42,101 nucleotides of DNA. It comes from Candidatus Poseidoniaceae archaeon. Lineage in GTDB: Archaea > Thermoplasmatota > Poseidoniia > Poseidoniales > Poseidoniaceae. A program made the translations under genes and the position numbers. The notes under the pieces were generated by a model that saw only the letters and a program-made list of their open reading frames with translations, was not told the DNA's origin and ran no database searches. Positions 6,825 to 14,405 of the stretch are shown in pieces (within the stretch, counting starts at the first letter, position 1; the number at the start of each line of letters is the position of its first letter). Location of the stretch: NCBI GenBank assembly GCA_029250305.1, contig JAQXFM010000293.1, forward strand, positions 1 through 42,101, read 5' to 3'.

Positions 6825-8606
6825 ATGGTCGACAAGGGGGAACTCCTATCCGAACTCTATCAAGCCCGGTTTGACGGTTTGAAGGAAGTCGCAGTTGCCT
6901 ACAACCTTCCAAAAACTGGTTCAGTGGAAACCCTTCGAGCAAGACTCATCCAACACCTCATTCTTGATGAATGGGATCTTTCACCGGAAGGCATTCGAAA
7001 CCTCATGAACAACGAACTCGGGGAACTCCTTGGCGTCTTTGGAATTAAGAAATCAGGTTCACTCCGGGCACGAAGGCAACGGCTCTATCTTCACCTCAAC
7101 CACGATGCAAAGCGCCTGGTGCCCGAATCACTCGATTCAATGACCAGGGATGAGTTGCATGCGATGTGTAAAATCTTGGAATTGCCGCTTTCTGGGGCAA
7201 AGCAAGCACTCTTGGTCCGTGTGGCCGGTGTACTTGCCTCACAAGATGGCGGATGGGGCAAGGTCAAGAAAAGCCTGCGCCGGCCAAGAACGAACGCCAA
7301 AGCATTGCCTTCGCCGGCAACACCTGTCCCATCGCCAGTGGCGCCTGCACAGCCATCAAATGACGCCCATGAAGCGGTGATTGAAGCTGCTGAAACATTT
7401 GTTTCGGAACATCCAGAAGGTTGGACCTTCGAAGAGGAAACTGAACTTCGCACCGAATTGGCGCAAGAAGGCATTCAGGTTTCCAAGGCCCCAATTGCCT
7501 CAACCCTCGATGAAGCCCTCCGACGTGGCGTGAACGACGGTGCTGAAAGTGAACCCGCACCTTCGATGGTCCAAGTGGCTGAACCCGGTGCAGAAGAACA
7601 CACGCTCGAAGTGGAATCATCCTTGCTTGACCTCAAGGCACGCCTTCCTGAAATTGAGGCTGCCGGCAGAGATTTCTTGGCAGTGAGCAGTACAAGTGAG
7701 CCTGATGACCTCAACGCCTTCATTCAAAGTCTCAAATCACATGGTTTTGCAACAGAAATTCCTGCGGTTCAAGACACAATTCGGACCACCATAATGGACC
7801 TTGAGTACCGATCTCAAACCGAGAAGGAAGCCATGCATGCAATGCCAAATTCGTGGCGAGAACGAGAAGCACTACGTGTCTTTGAAAATTCAAGAGAGGG
7901 ACTTAGGGGTCAACTCGATGACACGCTTGCTTCACATAGCGGCGACCTTGTGAAAGCAAGGATGGCGTTCGAAGATGTCGGTCGGTCACTGGGCCTTGAC
8001 CTTTCAATCCCAAGCGTTTCAGGTCGATTGCATGCATTGTTTGACTTGCATGTTGACATTAACCAAGCCCAAGCACTCCAAGACCCGGCCATCGCACGAA
8101 GGAATCGCATCTTACGCATCCTTCAGCATGGCGCCGTCCACCTCACGACCACGGAACGAAGCACCCTTGACCGATTGGAGCGGAACATAGCTGCATTCGA
8201 AGAACTCGTCGAGACCATTCTCGAAAGCAGCGAGGGGACCTTTAGCGAAGCTCAACAAGCGCTTGTTATTCGATTCCTTGAATCACGAGGCTACGAAGTC
8301 AACACCGCCGACCTTCGACCACGAATCTTAGCATGCGCAGGAATCATTGGGGCTGAACTTGGCTTCATCTCACCCGCTGAGATACCTCGGATCGCACCTG
8401 GGATTATGATTTCAGACACACAAGTGGACGCTATTGTGACAGAACTGAAGGCGCTTGCTGAAGCGTTCAAGCCAGTTGACCACACGGAAGAGGTTGAACC
8501 TGAGATGGAAGTGGCAGCATCGGTTGCAGACGCAGCAGACCGTGTGAAATCTGCTCGAAGTAAAATCGACCACATCGATGACTTGCTCGCACGTTTGCGA
8601 GGATAA
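6825..8606 (+). CDS. Hypothetical protein with three N-terminal SAP/HeH-like motifs, a Pro-rich linker and a long acidic helical C-terminal region
   Basis: Three helix-extended-helix units: LSELYQARFDGLKEVAVAYNLPKTGSVETLRARLIQHL, LMNNELGELLGVFGIKKSGSLRARRQRLYLHL and MTRDELHAMCKILELPLSGAKQALLVRVAGVL. The linker is PSPATPVPSPVAPAQPS. ATG 6825 is preceded by AGGAAGGTG. The ORF-track start 6558 would overlap the divergent gene. Confidence 0.65.
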   Translation: MVDKGELLSELYQARFDGLKEVAVAYNLPKTGSVETLRARLIQHLILDEWDLSPEGIRNLMNNELGELLGVFGIKKSGSLRARRQRLYLHLNHDAKRLVPESLDSMTRDELHAMCKILELPLSGAKQALLVRVAGVLASQDGGWGKVKKSLRRPRTNAKALPSPATPVPSPVAPAQPSNDAHEAVIEAAETFVSEHPEGWTFEEETELRTELAQEGIQVSKAPIASTLDEALRRGVNDGAESEPAPSMVQVAEPGAEEHTLEVESSLLDLKARLPEIEAAGRDFLAVSSTSEPDDLNAFIQSLKSHGFATEIPAVQDTIRTTIMDLEYRSQTEKEAMHAMPNSWREREALRVFENSREGLRGQLDDTLASHSGDLVKARMAFEDVGRSLGLDLSIPSVSGRLHALFDLHVDINQAQALQDPAIARRNRILRILQHGAVHLTTTERSTLDRLERNIAAFEELVETILESSEGTFSEAQQALVIRFLESRGYEVNTADLRPRILACAGIIGAELGFISPAEIPRIAPGIMISDTQVDAIVTELKALAEAFKPVDHTEEVEPEMEVAASVADAADRVKSARSKIDHIDDLLARLRG

Positions 8607-9845
8607 TCAGCGACTTGCGTAGAAACTCTGGATGAGTTTTGTCACTCGTTGGATATCATTGACGTCACGTGCAATCATGTCACGGAGAATCTCTTCACGT
8701 TGAGAGACGTGCTGTTCAAAGACATCTGGAGAAATACCCGCAGCCTTGCAGATTGTCTCCCTGAGTTTGGAGGGAATGCCTGTTTCTTCAATTTGGTCTG
8801 TTGCCGCATTGTACTTCCATATGATGTTGAGGCGGGGCTTGTCCCCTTCCATTCCTGCAACTTCGGCCACTTCAGTGATCTTCCGAGCGGTCTTTCCATT
8901 GACGTGAAGACGAGCTTGGATGATAATGAGGTCCAATCCACTCAACATGATTGGTGGAACGCTCATTGGAGGGTTGATCATTCGAGTGACGGTCTCTTGG
9001 GCGGTGTTTGCGTGCAGCGAACCAAAGGAACCATCGTGGCCTGTGTTCATCGCCGTGAGCAAGGTTGCGGCCTCTGGGCCCCGCACTTCACCAACGATGA
9101 TTCGATCTGGGCGCATTCGGAGGCTGGATTTCAAACAGTCGTTCATGTCAATCTCCGATGTACCGTCCGGTCGCTCCCTTCGAGTTTCCATTCGCAACCA
9201 GTGGTCGTGGTAGACTTGCAATTCAGCAGTGTCTTCAACGGTGAGAAGGCGACGGTGCCATGGAATGTACATACCGAGGCAATTGAGGGTCGTGGTCTTA
9301 CCAGAACCTGTACCACCTGCAATGACAAAGTTAGCGGGGCGGCTGTCAAGCCCTTCAATCCAAACCCACATCATAGCCGCAAGACGGGTGTTTACGGTTC
9401 CGAACTTGATGAGATCAATCATTGTAAGCGGATCTTCCTTGAACTTACGAATGGTCAATGTTGGCCCATCCGGAGAGACTGGAGGGATTGTGCCATTGAC
9501 ACGGGAACCGTCATGCAATCGTCCATCAAAAATTGGCACCATACCAGGCCCGTCACCGAGTGGAACGTTTGTGTATGAGGCGATGTTCTTGGCAATTTGA
9601 AGGCCTGATTCGTTATCGATGGTGAGGTTTGTTCGGCACATTCCGAATTTACGGTGAGCGACCTTGACTTCCTGTTGCCCGCCGTTGTACATCACTTCTT
9701 CCAGATTATCATCGTCGAGAAGGAGTTGAAGATCCCCATGCGGGTTTGGATCTGCAACACCATCAACATGGTAAATTGGAGAGGGATGATTCCCCTCGGT
9801 GTAAATCGTAACTCGGCCATACTGTTCTAAAATCGTTTGAGACAT
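8607..9845 (-). CDS. Type IV filament assembly ATPase (PilB/ArlI/TadA-CpaF family, GspE-VirB11 superfamily)
   Basis: Has Walker A AGGTGSGKTTTLNCL, then LLTVEDTAEL, LRMRPDRIIVGEVRGPEA and AMNTGHDGSFGSLHAN. A GGAGGT Shine-Dalgarno sequence at 9852-9857 lies 6 nt upstream of the ATG. Confidence 0.9.
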   Translation of the reverse strand: MSQTILEQYGRVTIYTEGNHPSPIYHVDGVADPNPHGDLQLLLDDDNLEEVMYNGGQQEVKVAHRKFGMCRTNLTIDNESGLQIAKNIASYTNVPLGDGPGMVPIFDGRLHDGSRVNGTIPPVSPDGPTLTIRKFKEDPLTMIDLIKFGTVNTRLAAMMWVWIEGLDSRPANFVIAGGTGSGKTTTLNCLGMYIPWHRRLLTVEDTAELQVYHDHWLRMETRRERPDGTSEIDMNDCLKSSLRMRPDRIIVGEVRGPEAATLLTAMNTGHDGSFGSLHANTAQETVTRMINPPMSVPPIMLSGLDLIIIQARLHVNGKTARKITEVAEVAGMEGDKPRLNIIWKYNAATDQIEETGIPSKLRETICKAAGISPDVFEQHVSQREEILRDMIARDVNDIQRVTKLIQSFYASR

Positions 9846-9848
9846 TGC

Positions 9849-10580
9849 TTAACCTCCAATCATGACAACTGCGCCGAGGTACAAGCCCATGGACAGCGCA
9901 ATCCACAATGGCATCCACCATAGCGCATCTCTGAATCGCCCAAGCATGCGTCCTGAGACACCGAGGGCCACCGCTGAAGCGGCTCCAAAGAAGAGGGAAA
10001 AGGTGCGGTTGAAACTGTCAATTTGAAAGCCGCTGGAGGCAGGTGCGAACAAGCCGACAATGAACGCAATGAGAACTGGAAGGCCGATGGACACGAACAT
10101 CACAATCAGAAGGCCGCGTCCAAGCAATTCTTCTTCGCGGGTGTTCATCAAGTCGTTCAATCGCTCGTAGTCCATTGCCAAGTCTGATAGAATCTGTTGG
10201 AGAGGTGCGTCTTGTTCAATCGCAGTTTCGATCAAGACCATTACACGTTGGACTTGAGAGGATCGGGTCTTTGCAGCAAAGGCTGAAAGAGCAGCCTCAA
10301 ACGAAGACGAGTGGCTCTCTTCCAGCGTTTCAAGGAGTAATTTTCCAAGTGGGCCCTGAACATTGCGTGATTGTTCCATCATGGCCTCTTGTATGCCTCG
10401 CCCGGCTCCGACGGTGTCTGACAGGCCTTCGAGCAAACCCGGCAGTGCATTCTCTATAGAACGACGTCTCTTGCGTTCCATCATTGGAGGAACACCACCT
10501 GCAGCGCAAGCCATTCCAATCACAGAGAGATAGAGAAGGAGTGGATTTCCATTGAAGGTTTCAAGCAGTCCAAAGATCAT
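9849..10580 (-). CDS. Type IV filament platform protein, single T2SSF domain (TadC/PilC C-terminal-half-like)
   Basis: An N-terminal TM helix is followed by a cytoplasmic helical domain (NALPGLLEGLSDTVGAGRGIQEAM...APLQQILSDLAMDYE) and then C-terminal TM helices. There is a GGGGT Shine-Dalgarno-like sequence 9 nt upstream of the ATG. Confidence 0.8.
   Translation of the reverse strand: MIFGLLETFNGNPLLLYLSVIGMACAAGGVPPMMERKRRRSIENALPGLLEGLSDTVGAGRGIQEAMMEQSRNVQGPLGKLLLETLEESHSSSFEAALSAFAAKTRSSQVQRVMVLIETAIEQDAPLQQILSDLAMDYERLNDLMNTREEELLGRGLLIVMFVSIGLPVLIAFIVGLFAPASSGFQIDSFNRTFSLFFGAASAVALGVSGRMLGRFRDALWWMPLWIALSMGLYLGAVVMIGG
9852..9857 (-). promoter_or_regulatory. Shine-Dalgarno sequence GGAGGT for the filament ATPase gene
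   Basis: The plus strand reads ACCTCC at 9852-9857, 6 nt from ATG 9845. It overlaps the last codons (IGG-stop) of the upstream platform gene. Confidence 0.55.
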
Positions 10581-10584
10581 TGAA

Positions 10585-11166
10585 TCACAACCCCGGGTCC
10601 TTCGTGTGGGCCTTCAAGCCAATCAGCATCATACCGATGAGTGTAAACACCAAGCCACCGTTCACAACAGAATTGATCATTCCCTGGTCGATTGTACCAA
10701 CAATGGCTTCCGCCCCATCGCCGAGCAATTGTGGGACAAGGCCGACAATTGCTAGAATGATCGGGCCAATCATACCGATTGAAAGAAGCGTTTCAGGAAC
10801 TGCACCGAGCTCTTCGATGTATTTCTTCACTGACTCTGTGCGTTCATTCTCCATTCGAACACCCTGCTTTCGCAGCGTCTCGACAATGTCCGTGTTTTGA
10901 GTGACGTTGGAGTACATCGTATTCAACAGTCTGCGATACCCTTCGGATTCTGCTTTCTTGAGCAACCCTTTCAGTTCACGGTCGAGCCCACCCGCCGTCC
11001 CTTTTCGCAACCGCTTCATCATCGAAGAGAAGTCTTCTGAAATGACGCCGTAGCCGCCACTTCCAATCGTGTGAATGGCTGCTTCAAGACCTACGCCAGA
11101 CGACATGAGGACGTCAAGCGTGCGGATGACGTAGAGAATTTCTCTCTGCTCATCCAACTTTCGCAT
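10585..11166 (-). CDS. Type IV filament platform protein, single T2SSF domain (TadB/PilC N-terminal-half-like)
   Basis: Cytoplasmic T2SSF-type domain (ILYVIRTLDVLMSSGVGLEAAIHTIGSGGYGVISEDFSSMMKRL...DIVETLRKQG) followed by two or three TM helices. A GAGGT Shine-Dalgarno sequence overlaps the stop codon of the upstream ORF. Confidence 0.8.
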   Translation of the reverse strand: MRKLDEQREILYVIRTLDVLMSSGVGLEAAIHTIGSGGYGVISEDFSSMMKRLRKGTAGGLDRELKGLLKKAESEGYRRLLNTMYSNVTQNTDIVETLRKQGVRMENERTESVKKYIEELGAVPETLLSIGMIGPIILAIVGLVPQLLGDGAEAIVGTIDQGMINSVVNGGLVFTLIGMMLIGLKAHTKDPGL

Positions 11167-11175
11167 AGCAATACC

Positions 11176-11529
11176 TCAAACAATGTCTTCGATCAGCTCG
11201 AACATGAAGGCCTCGCTGGTGCCTTCGTATTCCATAACGGCAAACAAGACTTTGACATCTCGTTCTTCAAATGGGTCGTGAATGTAAGGCTGGCCGCTAC
11301 GGAACATGCTGAGAATACGCTTGTAATTCTCCAAATTTACTTCGCCCTTTACGGTATAAACAGTTGACTCTGAGCCCTCGTCGTGGAGGTTATCACCTTC
11401 TTCACCACGGATGATTGTACGGGTCAATCGACGCGTCAATCGCACATGTATGTCACAATTTGGAATTCGTACCCAATCTGAGCTTGATGTCCCAGTTGCG
11501 GGACGAATAAAGAAATCTAATCCAGCCAT
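11176..11529 (-). CDS. Hypothetical small soluble protein (117 aa), first gene of the filament-motor block
   Basis: The ORF has no hydrophobic N-terminus. The ATG at 11529 is preceded by a GGGGT Shine-Dalgarno-like sequence 8 nt upstream, whereas the GTG at 11553 has none. Its stop lies 9 nt from the next start. I recognise no family. Confidence 0.55.
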   Translation of the reverse strand: MAGLDFFIRPATGTSSSDWVRIPNCDIHVRLTRRLTRTIIRGEEGDNLHDEGSESTVYTVKGEVNLENYKRILSMFRSGQPYIHDPFEERDVKVLFAVMEYEGTSEAFMFELIEDIV

Positions 11530-11590
11530 GCAGTTGACCCCTATGCTTTGCACGCACAGAGAAGGTCTTCAATGTTGGGGGAGAAACGAA

Positions 11591-12523
11591 TCACGATACG
11601 ATTCTAAACCATCCAAAGCGAGGTTCGTGAAGCGTGCCTTCATTCGACAGTTCATCCAACTTGGCCTCTGCCAGTTGACGATCGATGCCTCTTGCGTCTG
11701 CATTGGTCAAAACAGTCTCAAAATCAACACCGTCGCCTTGGTCGAGCTGACCAATGATTGCAACAAGTGTCTCTTTGACAGCATCGTCATCGGAAGCGCC
11801 CGCAGCTGCAGGAGCATCATCCAACGTCGACTGTGGCGGTGGAGCCGGTTGGCTGGCTGCTTCCATTCGTCCCTCTGCAATGTCAAGCGCTTGCATGACG
11901 TTCAGGGTGTAGGTCTCGGTGTCGAACTCACCGTAGTGGTTCCTTGAAAGAAGAAGTCCGTCGACCATGTGATCTGGAACACCTGCAGCCTTCAAGCCTT
12001 CAGCCGTCGGTTCTGCAGAGAGGGAATCATTGCGCGTCTTCATGCGCTGAAGCGTCCCCTCAGAGGCTCTGGTCAGCCAGAGAGCGTATGTTTTGGCATC
12101 GATCTCACACGCTTCTTCTGGACGGAGTGAAGTGTACACAGCGCCTTCGTCAGTTTGATACCAACGTGATTTCGCAGTCATCAGGAGAAGCACTGGCTCG
12201 CCGATCTCTGTCTTTTCAACAAGAGAGAGCGTCAATTCTCGCATCGATTCGGAGGCGTAATCGCCAACGGAGAAGTAATGCAAGCCCGATGGGTCCCTCA
12301 TTTGACCTTGATAGAGCGTTGAACCATTCGAGGTCTCTCGCACTTCAAGGCGTTCAAGGAGACCTGCGACAATCACACGGTTGACTTTCGCACCAAGCTT
12401 TGTAATGACGAAGGAGGGATCATATTCACCAGATCCTTTCTCATTCAACGTCGCTTCACTGAACTCTGAGGCAAGCATGTGCCATGCAGGTTGTCGGCGA
12501 ACTCGTCCACTTGACTGCATCAT
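11591..12523 (-). CDS. RPA-associated OB-fold protein (RPA32-like) with a C-terminal winged-helix-like domain
   Basis: The N-terminal OB-like region (FVITKLGAKVNRVIVAGLLERLEVRE...LYQGQMRDPSGLHYFSVG) follows the pattern of euryarchaeal RPA-associated proteins. Next come an acidic/Pro linker and a C-terminal helical module (VKETLVAIIGQLDQGDGVDFETVL...LSNEGTLHEPRFGWFRIV). It overlaps the upstream RPA gene by 4 nt (ATGA). Confidence 0.7.
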   Translation of the reverse strand: MMQSSGRVRRQPAWHMLASEFSEATLNEKGSGEYDPSFVITKLGAKVNRVIVAGLLERLEVRETSNGSTLYQGQMRDPSGLHYFSVGDYASESMRELTLSLVEKTEIGEPVLLLMTAKSRWYQTDEGAVYTSLRPEEACEIDAKTYALWLTRASEGTLQRMKTRNDSLSAEPTAEGLKAAGVPDHMVDGLLLSRNHYGEFDTETYTLNVMQALDIAEGRMEAASQPAPPPQSTLDDAPAAAGASDDDAVKETLVAIIGQLDQGDGVDFETVLTNADARGIDRQLAEAKLDELSNEGTLHEPRFGWFRIVS

Positions 12524-14214
12524 GACACCCCCCAGTGAGCACGCAATTCAGTCGCAAGCATTCCCGCATCCTCTTCGACCACAGCAGCGCCATCAGCCAA
12601 CATCATTGCACCTTGCTCATCGACAATGGTCCGTCCTGTTGCTTTGACAGTGCGTCCAAGGAGGGTGCCCCGAAGGGTTTGGACAAATGCCATCTGACCA
12701 TCTTGATCGACAGCCGCCTTCATCTGAGCTTCATCCATTCCAAGCAATGCCAATGTGGCTGCTTTGTTGGTCAAGAGAGAGACGCTTGAGCGCCCATCAT
12801 CCATGACCAATCGCAGGCGAACATCGCTGTTGCCATCGTTCGGGCCGTGTTCGGCACACGCACCATCGCGAAGGACCCTGCGGCATTCTGTGCAGCGTTG
12901 AATGAATCCTGAATCCTCACGCACGCTGACAATGATTGCAGACGTGGAAACGCCAACTCGACTGGCGCCTGTTGCCAGGTCATGAAGATCGACTTCCGCC
13001 GTATGGTTGGTCAAGTCAAGCGATTCATCCCATGGTGTTGCATCGAGAAGTTCGACTTGGTCCACATTGTCTACAGTGATGTCTGGGATTCCCTGCCAAG
13101 CACGAACACGCACGCCCTTGAGACGAACGGTCATTGGCAGTTGATCATCTGATATCGGCAATTCGCTCCATGCACTCATTCGGCATCGGCCTGTTGGGTC
13201 GGCAATTTGCCCCGACCACAAGAAGCGCTCTTCGCCGTCACGCGTGAACGAACGCTTGGCCCATTCGGTGATTTGTACAACAGCGTCGACATCCCTGGCG
13301 CCATCCCTCAATTCAGAGATGGTGAGAACGGTTTGTTGAGACAGAGATTCTGCATCAGCGAAGTTCTTGTCGTGGAAGATTTCAACCTTGGTGGTGCGGC
13401 CGAAATTAAGTTCAGGCGTATCCCTAAAGGTTCGGACTTGAGCACCATCGATCTTGAGAAGGCTGCCCACTGCATGTTCGAAAGGTTCCCACGAGAGGAA
13501 GCCAATCGTTCCACTTTCATCCGCAATGCGACCTCGAACAATGTCCAGTGACCCCGAACCATCCTTCTTGTGGATTTGGTCCGGGCGAGAAGCGAGCACA
13601 CGGCCCACCACGCAGACATAACCATCGCCGGGAAGGCTGTTGATGTCTTGAGGCTCTCCGGGTGCGACAACGGGGCGGGTACCCTCACGCACAACTGCAA
13701 TCCGAGTGGATTGGTTAATGTTGAGGGACATACGACCTTGGTACTCGTTCACAGATGCGCCTTCAATTCGGACGATGGAACCCGGTGCCAAGTTCGCGCT
13801 TGGACCCCAGTCTTTGTATTCCCAACGGGTTTTGTCGCCTTTTTCCTCCCAAGGGTTGTCTTCAAGAAGACCAAAGGCAATTTGTTTCTGTTCACCACGA
13901 ATGGTCTGCTCTCGCATGTTATGAGAAATGATTTCGACTTCGATTTCGACTTCTTTGTCGTTCCCGTTCAATTCACTTAGCCGACTGACTTTCTTTGTGT
14001 TTCTCGGGGCGGATGAACCGCCTTGAGAAGGGCTGCGATTTGTTGGAACTGACTGCTCACCCTTGAAGCGACGCAGGATTGACCGCATCGCATCTTGTGG
14101 CGGGATGTAAAATTCAGTTTCGTATTTTGCAAACGCTTCTGCAACATCTTTCGGATCTGCATCCGGGCATTCTGCCAAAATTGCGTTGACGTGCGTCTCA
14201 TACTTTTCAGACAT
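12520..14214 (-). CDS. rpa: Replication protein A large subunit (multi-OB-fold ssDNA-binding protein with zinc ribbon)
   Basis: Several OB-fold-like repeats (GSIVRIEGASVNEYQGRMSLNI, VCVVGRVLASR, LLKIDGAQVRTFRDTPELNF, TVRLKGVRVRAWQGIPDITV) and a zinc motif CTECRRVLRDGACAEHG. ATG 14214 is preceded by GGAGG at 14223-14227 with 8-nt spacing. The ORF-track start 14391 adds 59 implausible residues. Confidence 0.85.
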   Translation of the reverse strand: MSEKYETHVNAILAECPDADPKDVAEAFAKYETEFYIPPQDAMRSILRRFKGEQSVPTNRSPSQGGSSAPRNTKKVSRLSELNGNDKEVEIEVEIISHNMREQTIRGEQKQIAFGLLEDNPWEEKGDKTRWEYKDWGPSANLAPGSIVRIEGASVNEYQGRMSLNINQSTRIAVVREGTRPVVAPGEPQDINSLPGDGYVCVVGRVLASRPDQIHKKDGSGSLDIVRGRIADESGTIGFLSWEPFEHAVGSLLKIDGAQVRTFRDTPELNFGRTTKVEIFHDKNFADAESLSQQTVLTISELRDGARDVDAVVQITEWAKRSFTRDGEERFLWSGQIADPTGRCRMSAWSELPISDDQLPMTVRLKGVRVRAWQGIPDITVDNVDQVELLDATPWDESLDLTNHTAEVDLHDLATGASRVGVSTSAIIVSVREDSGFIQRCTECRRVLRDGACAEHGPNDGNSDVRLRLVMDDGRSSVSLLTNKAATLALLGMDEAQMKAAVDQDGQMAFVQTLRGTLLGRTVKATGRTIVDEQGAMMLADGAAVVEEDAGMLATELRAHWGVS

Positions 14215-14222
14215 GAGCAAGT

Positions 14223-14227
14223 CCTCC
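14223..14227 (-). promoter_or_regulatory. Shine-Dalgarno core GGAGG for the RPA large subunit gene
   Basis: The plus strand reads CCTCC at 14223-14227, 8 nt upstream of ATG 14214. Confidence 0.5.
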
Positions 14228-14405
14228 GTCAGACGTGTTCGTTTGATGCCTGTACGGAGAACAGGCTGCGGGCTTTCGTGCGGATTGGTTGAGTCTATAC
14301 ACTCCCTTGACCTCCATGGTAATGAACAAAGATGACGACGGGACTTAAACAATACCGTGTGAATTTCTGTGAAGTCGCCTTCACTTGACAAAGCCGCAAT
14401 GAACT

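Noticed and set aside
8649-9578. 309-aa plus-strand ORF
   Set aside because: It is antisense to the clearly homologous PilB/TadA-type ATPase gene. Its composition is Cys/His/Trp/Arg-rich and not protein-like.
9849-11166. The two T2SSF genes as a frameshifted pseudogene of one fused platform gene
   Set aside because: This is not favoured. The second ORF has its own ATG, a Shine-Dalgarno-like GGGGT and an N-terminal TM helix, and the first ends cleanly after its TM segment. It cannot be excluded without comparative data, so it is listed as a refutation test in the finding.
13925-13960. 12-nt tandem DNA repeat ATTTCGACTTCG x2
   Set aside because: It lies inside the RPA gene and simply encodes the acidic linker EVEIEVEI. 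There is no sign of independent function.
14215-14391. 59-residue N-terminal extension of the RPA ORF; likewise 17885..18073 for Cgi121, 6558..6824 for the SAP protein and 1108..1188 for MoaA
   Set aside because: Internal ATGs with Shine-Dalgarno elements or sensible spacing give proteins that begin where homologues begin. The extensions overlap neighbouring genes or have implausible composition.
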